This document shows, piece by piece, positions 37,400 through 51,600 of a DNA stretch of 64,000 nucleotides. A program made the translations under genes and the position numbers. This stretch comes from Mobula hypostoma (taxonomy: Eukaryota): the NCBI RefSeq assembly GCF_963921235.1, contig NC_086097.1:80664001-80728000 (forward strand), in the 5' to 3' direction. Below the pieces are notes generated by a model that worked only from the letters and a program-made list of their open reading frames with translations, was not told the origin of the DNA and did no database searches. The first letter of the stretch is position 1. Each line of letters starts with the position of its first letter.

Positions 37400-37720
37400 T
37401 TTAGACCTGACTGTCTCCTGCCCATTGTGTTTCACCCAGGCAGTAACATCAATGCCAAAGGGCCTGAGTTTCCATCTATGATAGAAGAGTAATATTAGCA
37501 CCTGTTATGTCCATGAGAGTTTTGGAGTTCCAAGTTCTGAACAGCAAATGGACTATTGTAAGATAACTGTGCACAACTACTTTCAACAGGGAATGACTGT
37601 TGCAGATCAGCAACCACCTAGGCTTGACCAAGGCAGGTCTTGATCCAGGTGTGAGGTGCTGGGATGTCCAAGGTGTTTGGCAACCAAGCTCTGCTGAATG
37701 AAGTAAGTGAACATCCACGA
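37400..37720 (-). mobile_element. Very old RTE-like LINE 5'/endonuclease remnant
   Basis: Minus-strand FRTWNSKTLMD resembles the APE N-terminal TWNVRTL motif. Confidence 0.35.
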
Positions 37721-40024
37721 CTCTCTGACTCACTCGAACACATAAACAGAATGCTACCTGCATCAGTACAGAGGTTCTAATACTGCAAGGTACAGGTGAT
37801 GCCAAAAGGGTCTTCAACAAAAATCTCTGATCTGCATTCCAGAGGGGGTTGACATCTTTCTGATGATTTCAATGCCAGGCTTTAAAGGATGCAAGGCTTT
37901 GGAAGGAGCGAAGGTTCAAAGGTAACTCCAATGGAGGCCTTCCTGTGACTGAAAGGTGGTCTTGTCAAAACCAACAGCATATTTTATCAGAGACATTTGC
38001 ATAAGCTTGTGGTAACAGGCCTGATGCACATGCCAACACCCATTAGATTACGTCATTGTCTGGGCAAGGGATGGGGGAGGAAGAGAGAGATGAAACCTAA
38101 TTTTCCAGAGTGGAACTAAACTCTTCTCTGATTGTGCTGCACAGACAACCTGAGGACCCTCAAACAATGGGAGTGCCTGCACTGCCCTAAGGTCCGTCAG
38201 AATTAGCATCATGTGAAGAGACTTTTGCCTTCTGTATCAGAAAGCACAATGGTTAGTTTAATGGGAAATGACCAAGAGATCCAGGAGGAGTAATTACATA
38301 CACTAGGCATGCCTGGATTGTGAGTTCCACCTTGCCTCAAAAGGGAATGAACAACTCTGCAGAAATCTGAAGGCAACAGTCTAATAAAACACACACAAAT
38401 AATGATTGCATGAAAAATTTCAGTTTTGTGAAAGAGCCATCCATAGTCCCAGAAGAGCAAAGAAGAACTTACCAATGATATGGAGATAGTCAGCATTCGC
38501 CAGAAGAAATACTGTTTGCTTCAAGAGGTTATTTTATAGTTAAAAATTATCTTGATTGTCTGTCTGGCTCGTAATAACACTGAACTGGATAGGACTTGAA
38601 GGATGAAGTCAATACTCCTCAACCATGACTCTCTCACTCCATCCTACAACAGACTATCCAGTCCAGTCTTGCCACTTCTCCAAATAGAAACTAGAGGCCA
38701 GTTGCCAATTATAGAATGATATTTCAGAGCATGTAGTATCCGTACTGAAATTCTAATACATGGTGATGAGGAATTTCTGTTAAAACTCCACTACCTGCCA
38801 TGTTTGGGAAGAGGTGAACATGGCAAGGCAACTTGGGAATAGTATAATCATAGTGACCTTTAAGAGAGGTGACGAGTCCAGTTGTGATGCCTCAGGAGAG
38901 TATCCCTGTTGCCTTCCACAATGAACTTCAGCGCCAGGTTCCCCTCAACTGCCTACTCCTGGCGGCTGAACAGCTGACCCCTGAATTGCTTATGGATTTT
39001 GTCTATCTGGAGATACTGTGGATAACATCTTTACTACACAACAAGTGGAGGGAGAAGCACCAGCCATGGTACATTACAGGGATGATGGACAATCCTTCTG
39101 AAATTTGGCTGACAATAGAAAATCATCTCCTACCATATGTCACATGTAAGAAAGTGGTTTGCAACAGATCAAACCTCAGAGAGGACCGGGGTCAAACAGA
39201 TTGCATCATTGCCCCAATACATTATTCAGTCTTTGTCAGTATAACAAATTCCCTTGAGTAGAGCTGATCTAAGGGCAAGTGGGGAACTGTTGAACATACA
39301 ATGCTGTCACACCAAACTAGGGGTCACTCCAATAGCAGCCAACAACCTTGCAGTACAAAGTCAAAGCTTCTGCATATACAAATTCAGAGACCAAGTTCCA
39401 AGACATGTTTGAATATGAAAGAAGAGTTGTTGTTCTTATTACTGGACAACTGATTTTTTTTTTGGTCCATGCCATCTTCTAACACATGTTTTGTGAGAGA
39501 GCTCTATTATCTAACATACTAATGACACCAGTTCATGATTATGCCTCACAGTTCTTCCACCATCCTTCTCTGTGGGGAATTGTCCTCAATCCTCTGTTAT
39601 TGTTGCCATTCTTACGTCGACTGACACATTTAGTCACCTCATTTTTCTGGTACAGACTAGACTGTTGATTTCCTTACTTTGGTCACATAAACCACAATGC
39701 TTCATCATTACTTTTGCAGCTTATTGCTTTCCAGAGTATACAATTAAGTAGTAGAGCTACTAGGACTTGATGTTTCAATCCCTATGGTAAGTTGGCACTC
39801 TTGATGTTGGCAGTGGGCTTGGAGTGGTGACAAGGAGGGAGGGTAGGTACGTCATCGGGGTCATCAGGTGGGCACCCTCCTTCTTTGATGTTTCGTTGAT
39901 AAGCTCATGATGTCTCCAGAGGGCTTAACGGTGCGACCTGGTATCCCAGATACAACCCCCTCAGTTCCATACCCTCCTGTCTTCATCTTGCAGCCCAGCT
40001 GTTGTCTTTCCTTTTAATCCAAAA

Positions 40025-40331
40025 GAGGAAGCTTGACTCAAATGCGGAGCAGCAGAGACAATATAGCGGTGAGTGATAACCTTAATAATCAACAAGCCAT
40101 GATGGACCACAAATCAAGAGAGAACTGATACTAAACACAGCAGGGCAACAAGTAACAGAAGGCTAGGAGCAACTGGTTGAGGCTGGCTGGTTCGTACAGG
40201 ATGAGTGAACAAGGATTGTGGATGAGAGCTGGGTTTAAATAGGCTGCAGATGATGAAGATGGAAACAAGTGTCAGGTGACTCCTGTTAGCTGGGCGGAGA
40301 CTGGGAGGAGCCTGCAAGTGCAGGCCTGACA
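40025..40331 (-). mobile_element. Gypsy LTR, same family as 57970-58292
   Basis: Begins TGTCAGGCCTGCAC on the minus strand; extensive similarity to 57980-58292. Confidence 0.85.
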
Positions 40332-40699
40332 CAACCCTTCAGTTAGCATGTGAATGCTGATCACAGAGAAAGTCAAAAATCAGTCTTATGATTTATATAT
40401 TTCAGAACCTCCCCCACTAAACTACAGATTGCATTGTGCATAACAGTACTGAGAGCATTCAGTCCCTTTGTCAGGAGTATATAGATATCCAAAGGAAATG
40501 GCAGAAGGGGCACATCATTTCTCAACCTAGTCATTCATCTGCCTCGTCATGCACCTCTTGCTCTTGTGGTGGCGTCTCCAAGACCTTAATAGTCACCTCA
40601 GAACCAGAAAGGAAGCAAGTGAAGGTGAACAACAGAGAAAAAGAACAGCTGGCAAAGGTATCCATTTATGGACAAAATAAGTTGCTTTTTATTTCTACA

Positions 40700-41025
40700 G
40701 ATATGGAATCATAAAACATGGTGGTTCTTTGGCCCACCAGGCTTGTGTCAGCCATCAGGCACCCATTTACACCGATCCCATTTTTATTCCCTCCCACTTT
40801 CCCATTGACTCCCCAAGATACAGCTACTCATCTGGATACTTGGAGCCACCTAGCAGTGGCTAACAATCCCAGAAAAATGGAGATTCTGGGACATGGGAAG
40901 AAGCTGAAGCATGTGGAAGAAATCCATACAGTCCAAATCCACTCAAATAGAACCCGGTCAGGAATGAGCCTGGGAGCCTGGTGCTGTGAAGCAGCAGTTC
41001 TAATGGTTGTACCACTCAGCTGCCT
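40700..41025 (-). mobile_element. V-SINE-like element, decayed
   Basis: Reverse-complement tRNA-like head (gctgcttcacagcaccagg...ggctcattcc) and CR1-type tail. Confidence 0.5.
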
Positions 41026-41515
41026 CTCTTTAAGTATTCTCAGTAACTTAAAGTTGGTTTATTCCATCATCTGGTATCTAAAGGGTTAACATCTTTATCT
41101 ATGTAAATGCATGTCAGATTGATCGCAAGAGATGCAGTTAATCTTGAAGGTGGAAATCCACACACATGCGGATTTCAGTTTATTTGTATTTGCCCTCTAT
41201 CTGAGTACGATTGCTAATATAAATCTATGACATCATTTCAATTGCTTTTGTGCAAGTTACTGGCCTTTGGGTATTTGAAATTCAAGACCAGATTCATATC
41301 TGTAATGGTGAAACATGTCACCTTACTTTATTACCGGAGGTGACTGGAATCAGCACCCTGAGTGGGAGGAGGATCGAAGGATGTAGATTTAAGCATATTT
41401 GGAGATAATCAAAAAGTCTGGAGAACATGCTAATTCAGGTATCTGCAGAATCCCTGGAACCACTATCAAAATTAAATCAAATGGCTTGGTAAAACAAGCT
41501 AGAATTGTGTGAATT

Positions 41516-42268
41516 ATTATTTTTTTTTCCTTTTCCATTTTTTTATATGTATAAAACTACAATTATTTATACATTCTTAAGTACACATTGAGATGATATA
41601 AAAGCAAAATAAACATTTAAATAGATAATTATGTACTGTGGTAAATCTAATCTATTAGGCTAAGTAATGAAATTAGTTGTTAAGAAAAATGGTAATAATA
41701 GTTTCCATACAACCCTTCTGGACCATTTCCACTGGTCCAAAATGTTGCATACAAGCCTATATACCAACCATTGTAGGTGTTTATATCCCAATTTGTTCGT
41801 GCTTGTTCCTGCCCGCAGACATAATTATCCAATCCCTATGTACTTATTTACTTAAATTTTTCATTTTTTTATCCCTTTCCCAAATCTTTCCCTTTACTTG
41901 TGTTAATTCTCTATTTTCCAAAAAAAAACAACAAACATTTAGACTAGGGGTGCTTACGTTAGCAATATTACTGTGTTGATGAGAAGAGCAATATAAATCA
42001 TTAGGAGAGTCATCTAAAATCTGCTCGCATTGGGGTTATATATTCAATCCATTTATTCCAGATTTGATAAAATGTTTCTTTTTGAGTTCTCAGGGAGTAG
42101 GTCAACTTTTCCATTTTAAATATTTCCAAGATAATTTCGTACCAATCTTCTAATGTAGGTGGTATTGGATTTAGCCATTTTTTAGTGATTGATTTCTTAC
42201 TTGCCGCTAAGAGGGCCTGCAGCAACTTTATATCTTCCTTCTGTTCAAGGAACAATACATCCAGTTTC
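41516..42268 (-). mobile_element. L1-clade 3' fragment with poly(A)
   Basis: LLAASKKSITKKWL..PPTLEDW...MEKLTY....ETFYQIWNKWIEY is an L1 ORF2 C-terminus; T-run at 41520. Confidence 0.85.
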
Positions 42269-42779
42269 ACCTAGTGTGATGGTTAAAAACCTATTGCACA
42301 TAAGGTACAAAATGCTGAGTACAGACTTTGCACACTCCTGTGAACACAAAGAATTTTCCTCTACTGTTTCTATCATTGTGCAGCTGGCAAAGGAAATCAG
42401 CTGGGCTGTGATTATGCTGGTGGGACGGTGGGGGGGGGGGGGGTTGATGAGCACGAGAGGATTTGGGTGCAATAGTTAAGTGGTTTAGTGGTGAGGTAAG
42501 ATTTGACGAAGGAAACGCGAGACTCCTGCCCATACAGTCCTTTGACCAGGGACCCAGGACTCACCGACCTGGTGATCAATAGCTCCCTCAGCGCCTCCCG
42601 ACTTCACCTCCAGGATCACTGACCTTCAACTGTGGTGTGCTCTAACCTGAACTCAAACACCGGCTCCCATCCCGACTTGTAACTTTATTAACTGCCCCGG
42701 ATCTCTAATTCCCCCTCATGCCTTCCTTAAAAACTGACCTGTCCCCGTGCTATCCCCAAAACCATCCCTCTGAATGCAA

Positions 42780-43212
42780 TAATTGATGGCTCTGGGCCTC
42801 CACTTACTAGAATTCAGAAGAATGAGGGGGATCTCATTAAAGCCTATCAAATATTGAGAGGGTTTGATAGAGTGGATGTAGAGAGGATGTTTCCTATGGT
42901 GGGGGAGTCTAAGACCAGAGGACACAGCCTCAAAACAGAGAGATGTCCTTTTAGAATGGAGATAAGGAGGAATTTCTTAGCAAGAGAGTGGTAAACCTAT
43001 GGAATGTGTTGCCACATATGGCTGTGGAGGCCAAGTCATCAGGTATCATTAAGGCAGAGGTCGATAAACTCTTGACTAGTCAGGGCATGAAGGGATACAG
43101 GGAGAAGGCAGGAGATTGGGGCTGAGAGGAAAATGGATCAGCATGATGAGCTGGCAGAGCAGACTCGATGGGCCAAATGGCCTAATTCTGCTCTTATATC
43201 TTATGGTCTTAT
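42780..43212 (+). mobile_element. CR1 3' fragment, (CTTATGGT) tail family
   Basis: LEFRRMRGDLI...TRGHSL; tail atcttatggtcttat. Confidence 0.88.
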
Positions 43213-44076
43213 AAAGCAACTAGGTCTGAGCTACGACACCAATGGACTTTGTAGCTTAGTACCATCTTGACCAGAAAATGGCTCTGTCAGAGACTGGTGC
43301 TATTCCTAGATATGTTAATTTGCAAGTTAGGATTGGTTTAATAAATTGCAGGGAAACATATGAATTAATAATGTAGTCAGAGAGTATACAAGTTTTACAC
43401 TTCATCAGTTTTAGAATCTTTTCACTGCTAGCTAAATTAATTTTCTTACAGAGTTATTCATTGCAAATTAACAATCTGTTTTTTTTGTTTTTGATGCTTA
43501 TAATTTGTCAGTTCTTTTGCCCAGCATTCTCACCATGCCTCTTAAAAACAGATGCACTCTGTGAGTAAACAGCAATCAATTATATAGTTTGTAAACTCAG
43601 TCATGGACTCTGATTGAATGGTCTACGTGGGATGAATAATTTAGGATGCAAACACCAGGTATTGAAAAGTGGAAGCATCAAGCCATTATTTGGGGACAGG
43701 TACTGGGAGAATGTTCTGCAGGAATAAGATGCTAAATTGTTAAGGGTAAGGCAGGGAGGGTGAAATTTGTGATGAGGGCATGGAGCTGGAGTTTAATATG
43801 GTTTTGCTGTTTAGCCAAGATGGGATATTAGACAACAATTTGCCCACATAGAAAGAGTAGAACTTTGAGAGAGCATGTGGATAAATATGACTGGATGTAA
43901 TCAGCAGATTTACAGAAACTATCCCTTTGTCACCAAATTATATTGTTACATGACATCTGTACCTGGAAAGAGAGGGCCAAGGATAGATCGACAAAAACAA
44001 CAAAGCACGGAAGCTAAGTAACACGCACAACACACTGGAGGAACTCAGCAGGTTGAGCAGCATCCGTGGAAACGAA

Positions 44077-44114
44077 CAGTCAATGTTTCAGGCCAAGACT
44101 CTTCGTCAGGACTG
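44077..44114 (-). ncRNA. Minimal type I hammerhead motif
   Basis: cagtc CTGACGA agagtcttggcct GAAA ca TT gactg. Confidence 0.75.
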
Positions 44115-44684
44115 TAGGGGGAAGGGGCAGGAGCCCTATAAAGAAGGTGGGGGGAGGGTGGGAAGGAGAAGGCTGGTAGGTTCCAGGTGAAAAACCAGTA
44201 AGGGTAAAGATAAAGGGGTGGGGGAGGGGGAGCAGGGAGGTGACAGGCAGGAAAGGTGAAGAAGGAATAGGGGAAAACACAATGGGTAGTAGAAGGAGGC
44301 AGAACCAAGAGGGAGGTGATAGGCAGCTGGAGGAGGGGGCAGAGTGAAACTGGGATGGAGGAAGGGAGGGAGAGGGAATTAGCAGAAGTTGGAGAATTCA
44401 ATGTTCATGCCCAGGGGCTGGAGACTACCCAGACAGTATATGAGGTGTTGCTTCCCCAACCTGAGTATGCCTTTGGACTTTGTTGAATGCCTATCGCCCC
44501 CCTCTTGGTACCGCCTCCTTCTACTACCCATTGTGCTTTCCCTATGCATTCTTCACTTTTCCTGCCTATCCCCTCCCCCACCCCTTGATCTTTCCCCTTA
44601 CTGGTTTTTCACCTGGTACCTCCCAGCCTTCTCCTTCCCACCCTCCCCCCGCCTTCTTTATAGGGCCCCTGCCCCCTCCCTCTT

Positions 44685-44722
44685 CGGTCCTGATGAAGGG
44701 TCTCGGCCCGAAACGCTGACTG
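44685..44722 (+). ncRNA. Minimal type I hammerhead motif (U16.1>C)
   Basis: cggtc CTGATGA a GGG tctcgg CCC GAAA cg CT gactg. Confidence 0.8.
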
Positions 44723-45486
44723 TTTATTTCCACGGATGCTGCCCGACCTGCTGAGTTCCTCCAATGTGTTGTGCATGTTGCTTTGACCCCAGCATCTGCA
44801 GAGTATTTTATGTTAAGGAAGCTAAGTTAGAGACTGCATGTAGCCACACTGCTAAACGTATCTACATACATGACAGCACCTCTGTTGATATATCAGGATA
44901 CAAGGTCCAATGGTTTCACACACTTAGCCACATTATTAATTCATTGACATCCTTAGCACAAACTAAGTTAACCTGAACAAGTAAAGACAATTAAAAAAAA
45001 GTAAAGATGGTTACAGACTGGCCAATTGTGCTCAAAATAACCAAACATGAAAATACCATTCACTTGCAAGCAGACTGGAGTGATGCCTTCCAAAATGTCC
45101 CACCAGGATGAGATTAATAGCATCCAAGAATCTGCAAGCAAATGAAGGAATCATCGACAGGATTGCTAAAAGTAATGTTTATAAGCTGTCCACTGAAGTT
45201 AGTCATGGTTGGCTTTGACCAGTTGGGTCCATTTCTATGTCTCTCATCTCTATCTTCTGTGCACAGCAGTATTTACACTGAAACAATATCACATAACTAG
45301 GTTGGTTTACTTTGATTATATGCTGGATTAAATGGTTATGAAGCATATGAATTCCACCCTCACATTTTATACTAATAGCAAGATATATCTCAGAACCCCC
45401 AAGGTGAGAACTTGGAGCAGCAGAATGCGAAAGAAGTGAGATACAGTTAAAGAGGTGGTGCTCTAGGTCTTTGTCAAAGGCTCTCA

Positions 45487-45910
45487 AAGTTCAAAGTATT
45501 TATTATCAAAGTATGTATACTCTATACAACCTTCAGATTCATCTCCTTACAGGCAGCCACAAAACAAAGAAACCCAATTGAACCCATTAAAAAAAAATCA
45601 TCAGACACCCAACGTGCAGCAAAAGAAAAATCGTCCAAACAATAAAAGTAAGGAAATAACATTCAGAACTGAAGTTCACGGAAGTTAATCTGCAGCCACG
45701 AAGCCAGTCATCACTGCAGTCGATGCAGGAGCCCATCAGTTGCAGGCCACAGCCTCAGTTCAGAGCAGAGTCGAGTAAACCTCGAGGGGCAGCGAGCTAA
45801 ACGAGCCTGTCCCTTGTCTCTGGCCCGACACCCTGACCTTTTCAATCAGGCCCAGTGCTCAAATTGTCCAAACCTTAGGTTGTCCCTTGCTTTCAGACCT
45901 GGGCTCCTTG
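45487..45910 (-). mobile_element. LINE 3' UTR-like repeat (Rex1-type tail)
   Basis: aaagttcaaagtatttattatcaaagtatgtat is shared with 12818-12900 and 63560-63640. Confidence 0.55.
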
Positions 45911-48659
45911 ATTGAACAAGAGATAAGCATATGTGATTAAATCCACTATGGCACGAAAGATGCCAGTTTAATATTCGTTGGGATAAAAATCATGCCTTAC
46001 ATCAATAAAGTCCAACCTTCTGCTGGTTTGTTTCACTTTCATCAATGTCTCTTATTTTACCTTCAGATCCCTGCTTGCAGTCTTGAACAAACTCATTTTT
46101 TCAGTTATTTGCAGGTCAGAATGTTAAACACCCTCTCAGCTTTCTGTTACTCTTGTTCAACTCCCCGTGCTTCTCTTGCTCTATTTCAGTCCTTCTGATG
46201 AAGGATTCCACACCTTCCGTCATGCAGAATATCCGTTTGTTTTCTTTCTCAAGTGATTTCACAATAACTTTGGATCATTGAATTGTTACGCTACAGGAGG
46301 AGGTCATTTGTTTCACTGGTTCTCTGCAATCTCTGGACAGAGGAATCCCAACAGTCCCATTGCCCTGCTCTTTCAGCACAGCCCTGTAAATTATTCTCTC
46401 CCTGGTGCTATTCAATTCCCTTCCAAAAACACTGATTAATTCCATTTCCACTGATCTTGGAAGCAGTAAATTCTAAATCACAACTTTTCTCTAAATGTAA
46501 AAGACTTTCTCACAACCTCTTTGAATCTTATATCCAATATTTTATATCTATATCCCTGGTCCTTGAACAACTTTCAAATGGAAGCAGCTTCCTCTTACTG
46601 ATAAACATAACAACAGGAGCAGAAGGCCAGAGAATGGGGTTGAGGGGGAAAATAAATCAGCTTTGATCAAATGGCAGAGCAAAGTTAATGGGCCAAATGG
46701 ACTAATGGTTCTCTTATGTCCCATGGTCCTGTGATCTCTAGCTATTTATTTAATCCACTCCGTCATTTAATGTCACAACTGAATTGATTATAACCTCCAC
46801 TGTACATTTTTCTTTATCTAACTCGGCAGCCTTTCAACCCCTTGCTTATCAGGAGTCTATTAACGACTAGCTTAAAATATTCAAGGATTGTACTTCCACA
46901 TCCTCTCAGGAAGAAAGTTCTGAAGATTAATGACCCGAAGAGAAAATGATTCACTACATCCCTGTTTTAAATAAGCAACACCTTATTTTTAACTTCTAGA
47001 TTCTCCAGCAAGAGAAAATATCCTTGCCACATCCACCCCGCTGGATTTTGTATATTTTGATAGAGTTCCCCTCTCACTCTCCTGAACTCCAGCAGATACA
47101 GGGCGGATCATATTATTCAACCTGCCCATTCCAGGAATTAGTCCAAAACATCCTTAATGCTGATTATCTGCATCACACTGATCTGTAGATGTACTTTCTC
47201 CTGGAAGAATAGCTCCATTTTCTGCAGACTGCCCTTAAGGCTGAAATCCCTTCTTCCTAGAACTATTCTAGTAAATCCATTTCAACTTTTCCATTACCAC
47301 AACATTCTTCCTAAGTAAGTGTGCTGACTAGAATTGGACCCAAGGTGAAATGTGTATGCTTTGTCTTGTTCTCCCACAAAAATTCATGTTAAACTCTTGT
47401 AATTTTTAAAGTGGATCCAAACCAACCGGGCAGCAATATGAGCAAGGTAACAGCTTAATGGGGAAATGTGCTATTGGATGGTGCCAGACATAAGACAATT
47501 ACATACACGCAACACGTTCATTGTGATCAATAAAGTATGTATGTAGAAATCCTTCAATTAATCTGAAAAGGCTCGATCACTTTATTAGCTCTGAAATTAT
47601 GTTAACATTTTGCTCTAGACGATTTACTGTTAAATCAAATCAATTCAACGTTAAGGTCAAAAATCAGCGTAGGGGACAAATTTAAGGCTACTGTGTACTT
47701 CCTCTTGCTTTTAAGCTTCCAGATGTTAAGTACCTTGCTGAGTGCGGAATTCTCCTGACAAACTACAGAAGTCAGTGTCACTGAATAATGATAATTGTCA
47801 GTCTGAGGAACAGCTATTGAGAGCCCACCGTGCACAGTTAAGTGGCTCTGCACTTGGGAACGCTGTCTCACACCTCAATGGCTGCAGACTGAAACACGGA
47901 AACTGATGGTCTGACATAGCTGTCATGATGATTACATTTCCCTTTTAGCACATTCTTAGCATATCTTTTGGTTGCAACCTTATAAAATAGGTGGATGAGT
48001 TCAGAAGGAAGTCCCTGCTGTCTGCAGAGAATAGTTAATTTTCAAACTGCTTTGCAATGCTCACTCTATTTTCTCTTTTGAACATTAAGTGCTGCAGATT
48101 GTATGTGCTGAGGAAGTCTGAGTGAATGTGACATAGGAATGCTTGCAGTAATAGAAAAACAAAGAGTGGCTGGTGCTGGAGGAGTCTGAAATTAAAACTG
48201 AAAATACTCGAGACACTCAGCAGGCCAGGCAGCAGATATGGAGGGAGAAGCAGAGTTCATGTTTGAGGACATCAGAACCGGAGAACTGAGAAAGCGAGTG
48301 TGCCCTAAGACGCAGAGGGGAGGGAGAGAAAAATACTTGAAAATGTACCCTAAAATGATCTACATATCACATATTGATTTAGGAACACAAGAGACTGCAG
48401 AAGTTGAAACATGGAGTAACAAAACACGTCGAGCTGCATCTGTGGGGAAAAGGAAACCTGAGGTAAGATTTGACCAGAAATGTCAACAGTTCCTTTCCCC
48501 AACAGATGCTGCTTGACCCATCCAGTTCCTTCTGGGGCTTCACATATTTATATATAGTTTTTAAAGGAATGATTTATATATTCACATCAGAAGTTTAGAT
48601 GGAAATGAGAAATAATTCAGGCACGTAGTCACCAATGACAATCACACTAACTATTGTCA

Positions 48660-51600
48660 CAGAGAGTCAGAGTTGTACAGCACAGGAACTGGTCCTTTCG
48701 CCCCCAGCATTCACACTGACTCTTGATCACCTACATTAATCCTATTAGCTCACAGTAGGCCCATGACCTTCCACTCCTTACCTATGTAAGTGGTTGCCTA
48801 AATATATAATTCCACCACCTCCTCTAGCAACAAATTTCAGATATCAACCATTCTGTCACTAAAAAATACTTTTCCTCAAATCCCTTTTAAAACTGCTTCT
48901 TTGCACCTTAAACTATACCTATCGTGGAAAACAAAACTGATTTTTCACCTTATCTATGCCTCTTATGAATTTATATGCTTTTTCAGGTCACCCCTTAGCC
49001 TGCTTCATTCCAGGCAATGCAAGCCCACCCTATCCAGTCTCTCCCTATATCCAAAGTCCTCCAGTCCAGGCAACATCCGAGTGAACATTCTCTTCGCTCT
49101 CTCCGGTGCATCCACATCCTTCTTAGAATGTGGTGACCAGAGCTGCACATAATACTCCAAGTTCAGTCTAACTTTGTAAATTTGTAATGTATCATCCCAA
49201 CTTTTATATTTTATTTCATCACCTATGAAGGCAAGCTTGTCATTTGCTTTCTTCACCTCTCTTCCTCCCTTTGCTGCCAGTTTCAGAGAGCTGTAGACAA
49301 ACTCCAGGGGAGGATGGAGCATAAAGGAAGAAATAATGGGAGCTTGACTGAAAGGTAAAACAATATTCATGAGGGATTTAAATCTACATATAGACAAGAA
49401 AATCAGCAAGGCAATGACAGCTGAAATGAACATTTGATCAAGCACTTTCTGGTGAATTTCTTAGAACAGCATGTTCAGGGGCCAAATAGAGAACAGCAGT
49501 ATCAGAGCTAGTTTTGTGCAATGAGAAAGGATTAATTAATAGCTTCACAATGAAGGTACTTCTGGGTGACAATTGCCACATTATGATTGCATTTTGTATT
49601 CAGTTTGAAGGAGAGAAAGGAAAAACAACAAATATAATGGCAGATTAGGTTAAGGGGGCTGCTCAGTCTAGATTTAGAGGAATCTTTCAGAATATAAATG
49701 ATAGATATATTCCAACAAGAAAAGAAAAAAAAATCAAAGATGAGGGCCCATCGTTTGTGATTAAGTAATAAAAGGTGAAGTATCTACAGAGAAAGCGAGT
49801 AATAACACAAAGATCGGAGGAATGGAGTGAGTGCAGAACAACAAATGTCTAAAAGATCAAAAGGAAGGATGAATTACATCATGAGATAAAACTAGCCATA
49901 GAGTTTCTGGAGACTATTACAAAGGAAAAAGTTAACACGGTGACTGTTAGTCCTTCAGACAGTGAGACTGGGAAATTATTATGGGAAAGCAATGAACGTT
50001 CTTAGTTGTCATCTATATCAATGATCTGGATGATAATGTGGTAGACTGGATCATTAAATTTGTGAATGACACCAAGACTGGGGGCAGGGTAGACAACGAG
50101 GAAGGCCAGCAAGGCTTGCAGTGGGATCCTGAAAAATGGTAGATGGAATTCAATACAGACAAGTGTTGTACTTTGGCAGGACTGACATGATGAGCAGAAG
50201 GGCACTGAGGTGTATGGTAGAACAGAGGGATCTGAGAAACCAGATCCAGAATTCCTTGAAAGTGGAGTCATAAGTAGATTGTGTCATAAAGAGAGCTTTA
50301 GGCACATTGCCCTCCCTAAACTAAAGTATTGAGTACAGGGCATTGTGTTGAACTTGTATTAAACATTGGCGAGGCTTAATTTGGAGTATTGTGTGCAGTT
50401 TTGGTCACCCGTGTCCAGGAAAGATATCAATAAGATTGAAAGAGTGCTGAACACATTTATTTGCTGGGACCTGAGGACCTAGGTTATAGGGAAAGATTGA
50501 ACTGGTTAGGATTCTATTCCCAGGCACGTAGGAGAATGAGAAGCGATCTGATAGACACATGCAAAATTATGTGGGATATAGATATGGTGAATGCAAGCCG
50601 GCTTTTCCCATTGAGGTTGGGTAAGACTGGGACTAGAGGTCATGGGTGAAGGGTAAAAGGTGAAATGTTTAAGGGAAATATTAGGGGGATCTTCTTCGTT
50701 CAGGATGGGGCGAGAGTGTGGAACAAACTGCAGAAGAAAGTGGATGAGGGTTCAATTTCAACATTTAAGTGAATTTTGTATAAGCACAAGGCTGGAATGG
50801 GTATGGAGGGGTATGATTTTGACGCTGGTCAATTAGGCAAGGCAGAATAATAGCTCAGTATGGATTAGATGGGCTGAAGGGCCTGTTTCTGTCCTGTCAT
50901 GTTCTATAACTCTATAATGAGGTAGCAAGTGATTTAAGCAGAGATGTTGCATCAACCTTCACTGTAGAAAATACAAATAATGTTCTAGAAAAACCTGTAA
51001 ATCAGGAACTGGAAAAGAACCCTGAAAAAAAATTAAGCTAGTAGGACAATTGTTACACTGGCTTCTAGTTCACCAACTTCCCTTGTTTCAGAGGAAGTTC
51101 CATTAGAAAATGGCAAGTGTAACTCCTTTTCAAAAAGGAGTGGAGTCAGAAAACAAGAAGCTACACGCCAGTCAGCTGAATATCTGTCATGGGGATAATG
51201 TTAAAAGCTAATGCTTTTAGGGCACTTAAATTATTCTAGGTAATCAAAGTAGTTTTCTGCAAAAGTTATCATGTATGGTTAGGTTATTGGAGTTCTTTGA
51301 AGAAGTAACATGGGTCGTGGATAAGAGGCAAACAATAGATGTACGAGGGGTGATTGATAAGTTTCGTGGCCTAAGGTAGAAGAAGTCAATTTTGGAAAAC
51401 CTAGCACATTTATTTTTCAACATAGTCCCCTCCTACATGTACACACTTAGTCCAGCGGCCATGGAGCATATGGATCCCTTCTTTGTAGAAGTGGTCCACA
51501 GCAAGGGTGATTGATAAGTTTGTGGCCTAAGGTAGAAGGAGTTGAGTTATTAACTTCAAACTTTCTGCATTATCACTCAAAGAGTTGAACTGCACGTGCA

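Larger units (their letters stand above)
44020..44816. mobile_element. Penelope element with inverted pLTRs, 11-bp TSD
   Basis: Arms of about 300 bp (44020-~44325 and ~44490-44780); GIY-YIG C-terminal stub 44380-44470 (-); TSD ggaagctaagt at 44009-44019 and 44817-44827. Confidence 0.9.

Noticed and set aside
38860..39430. 130-aa ORF at 38869-39261
   Set aside because: No motif; the region looks like the antisense of a very old LINE endonuclease remnant, too decayed to call
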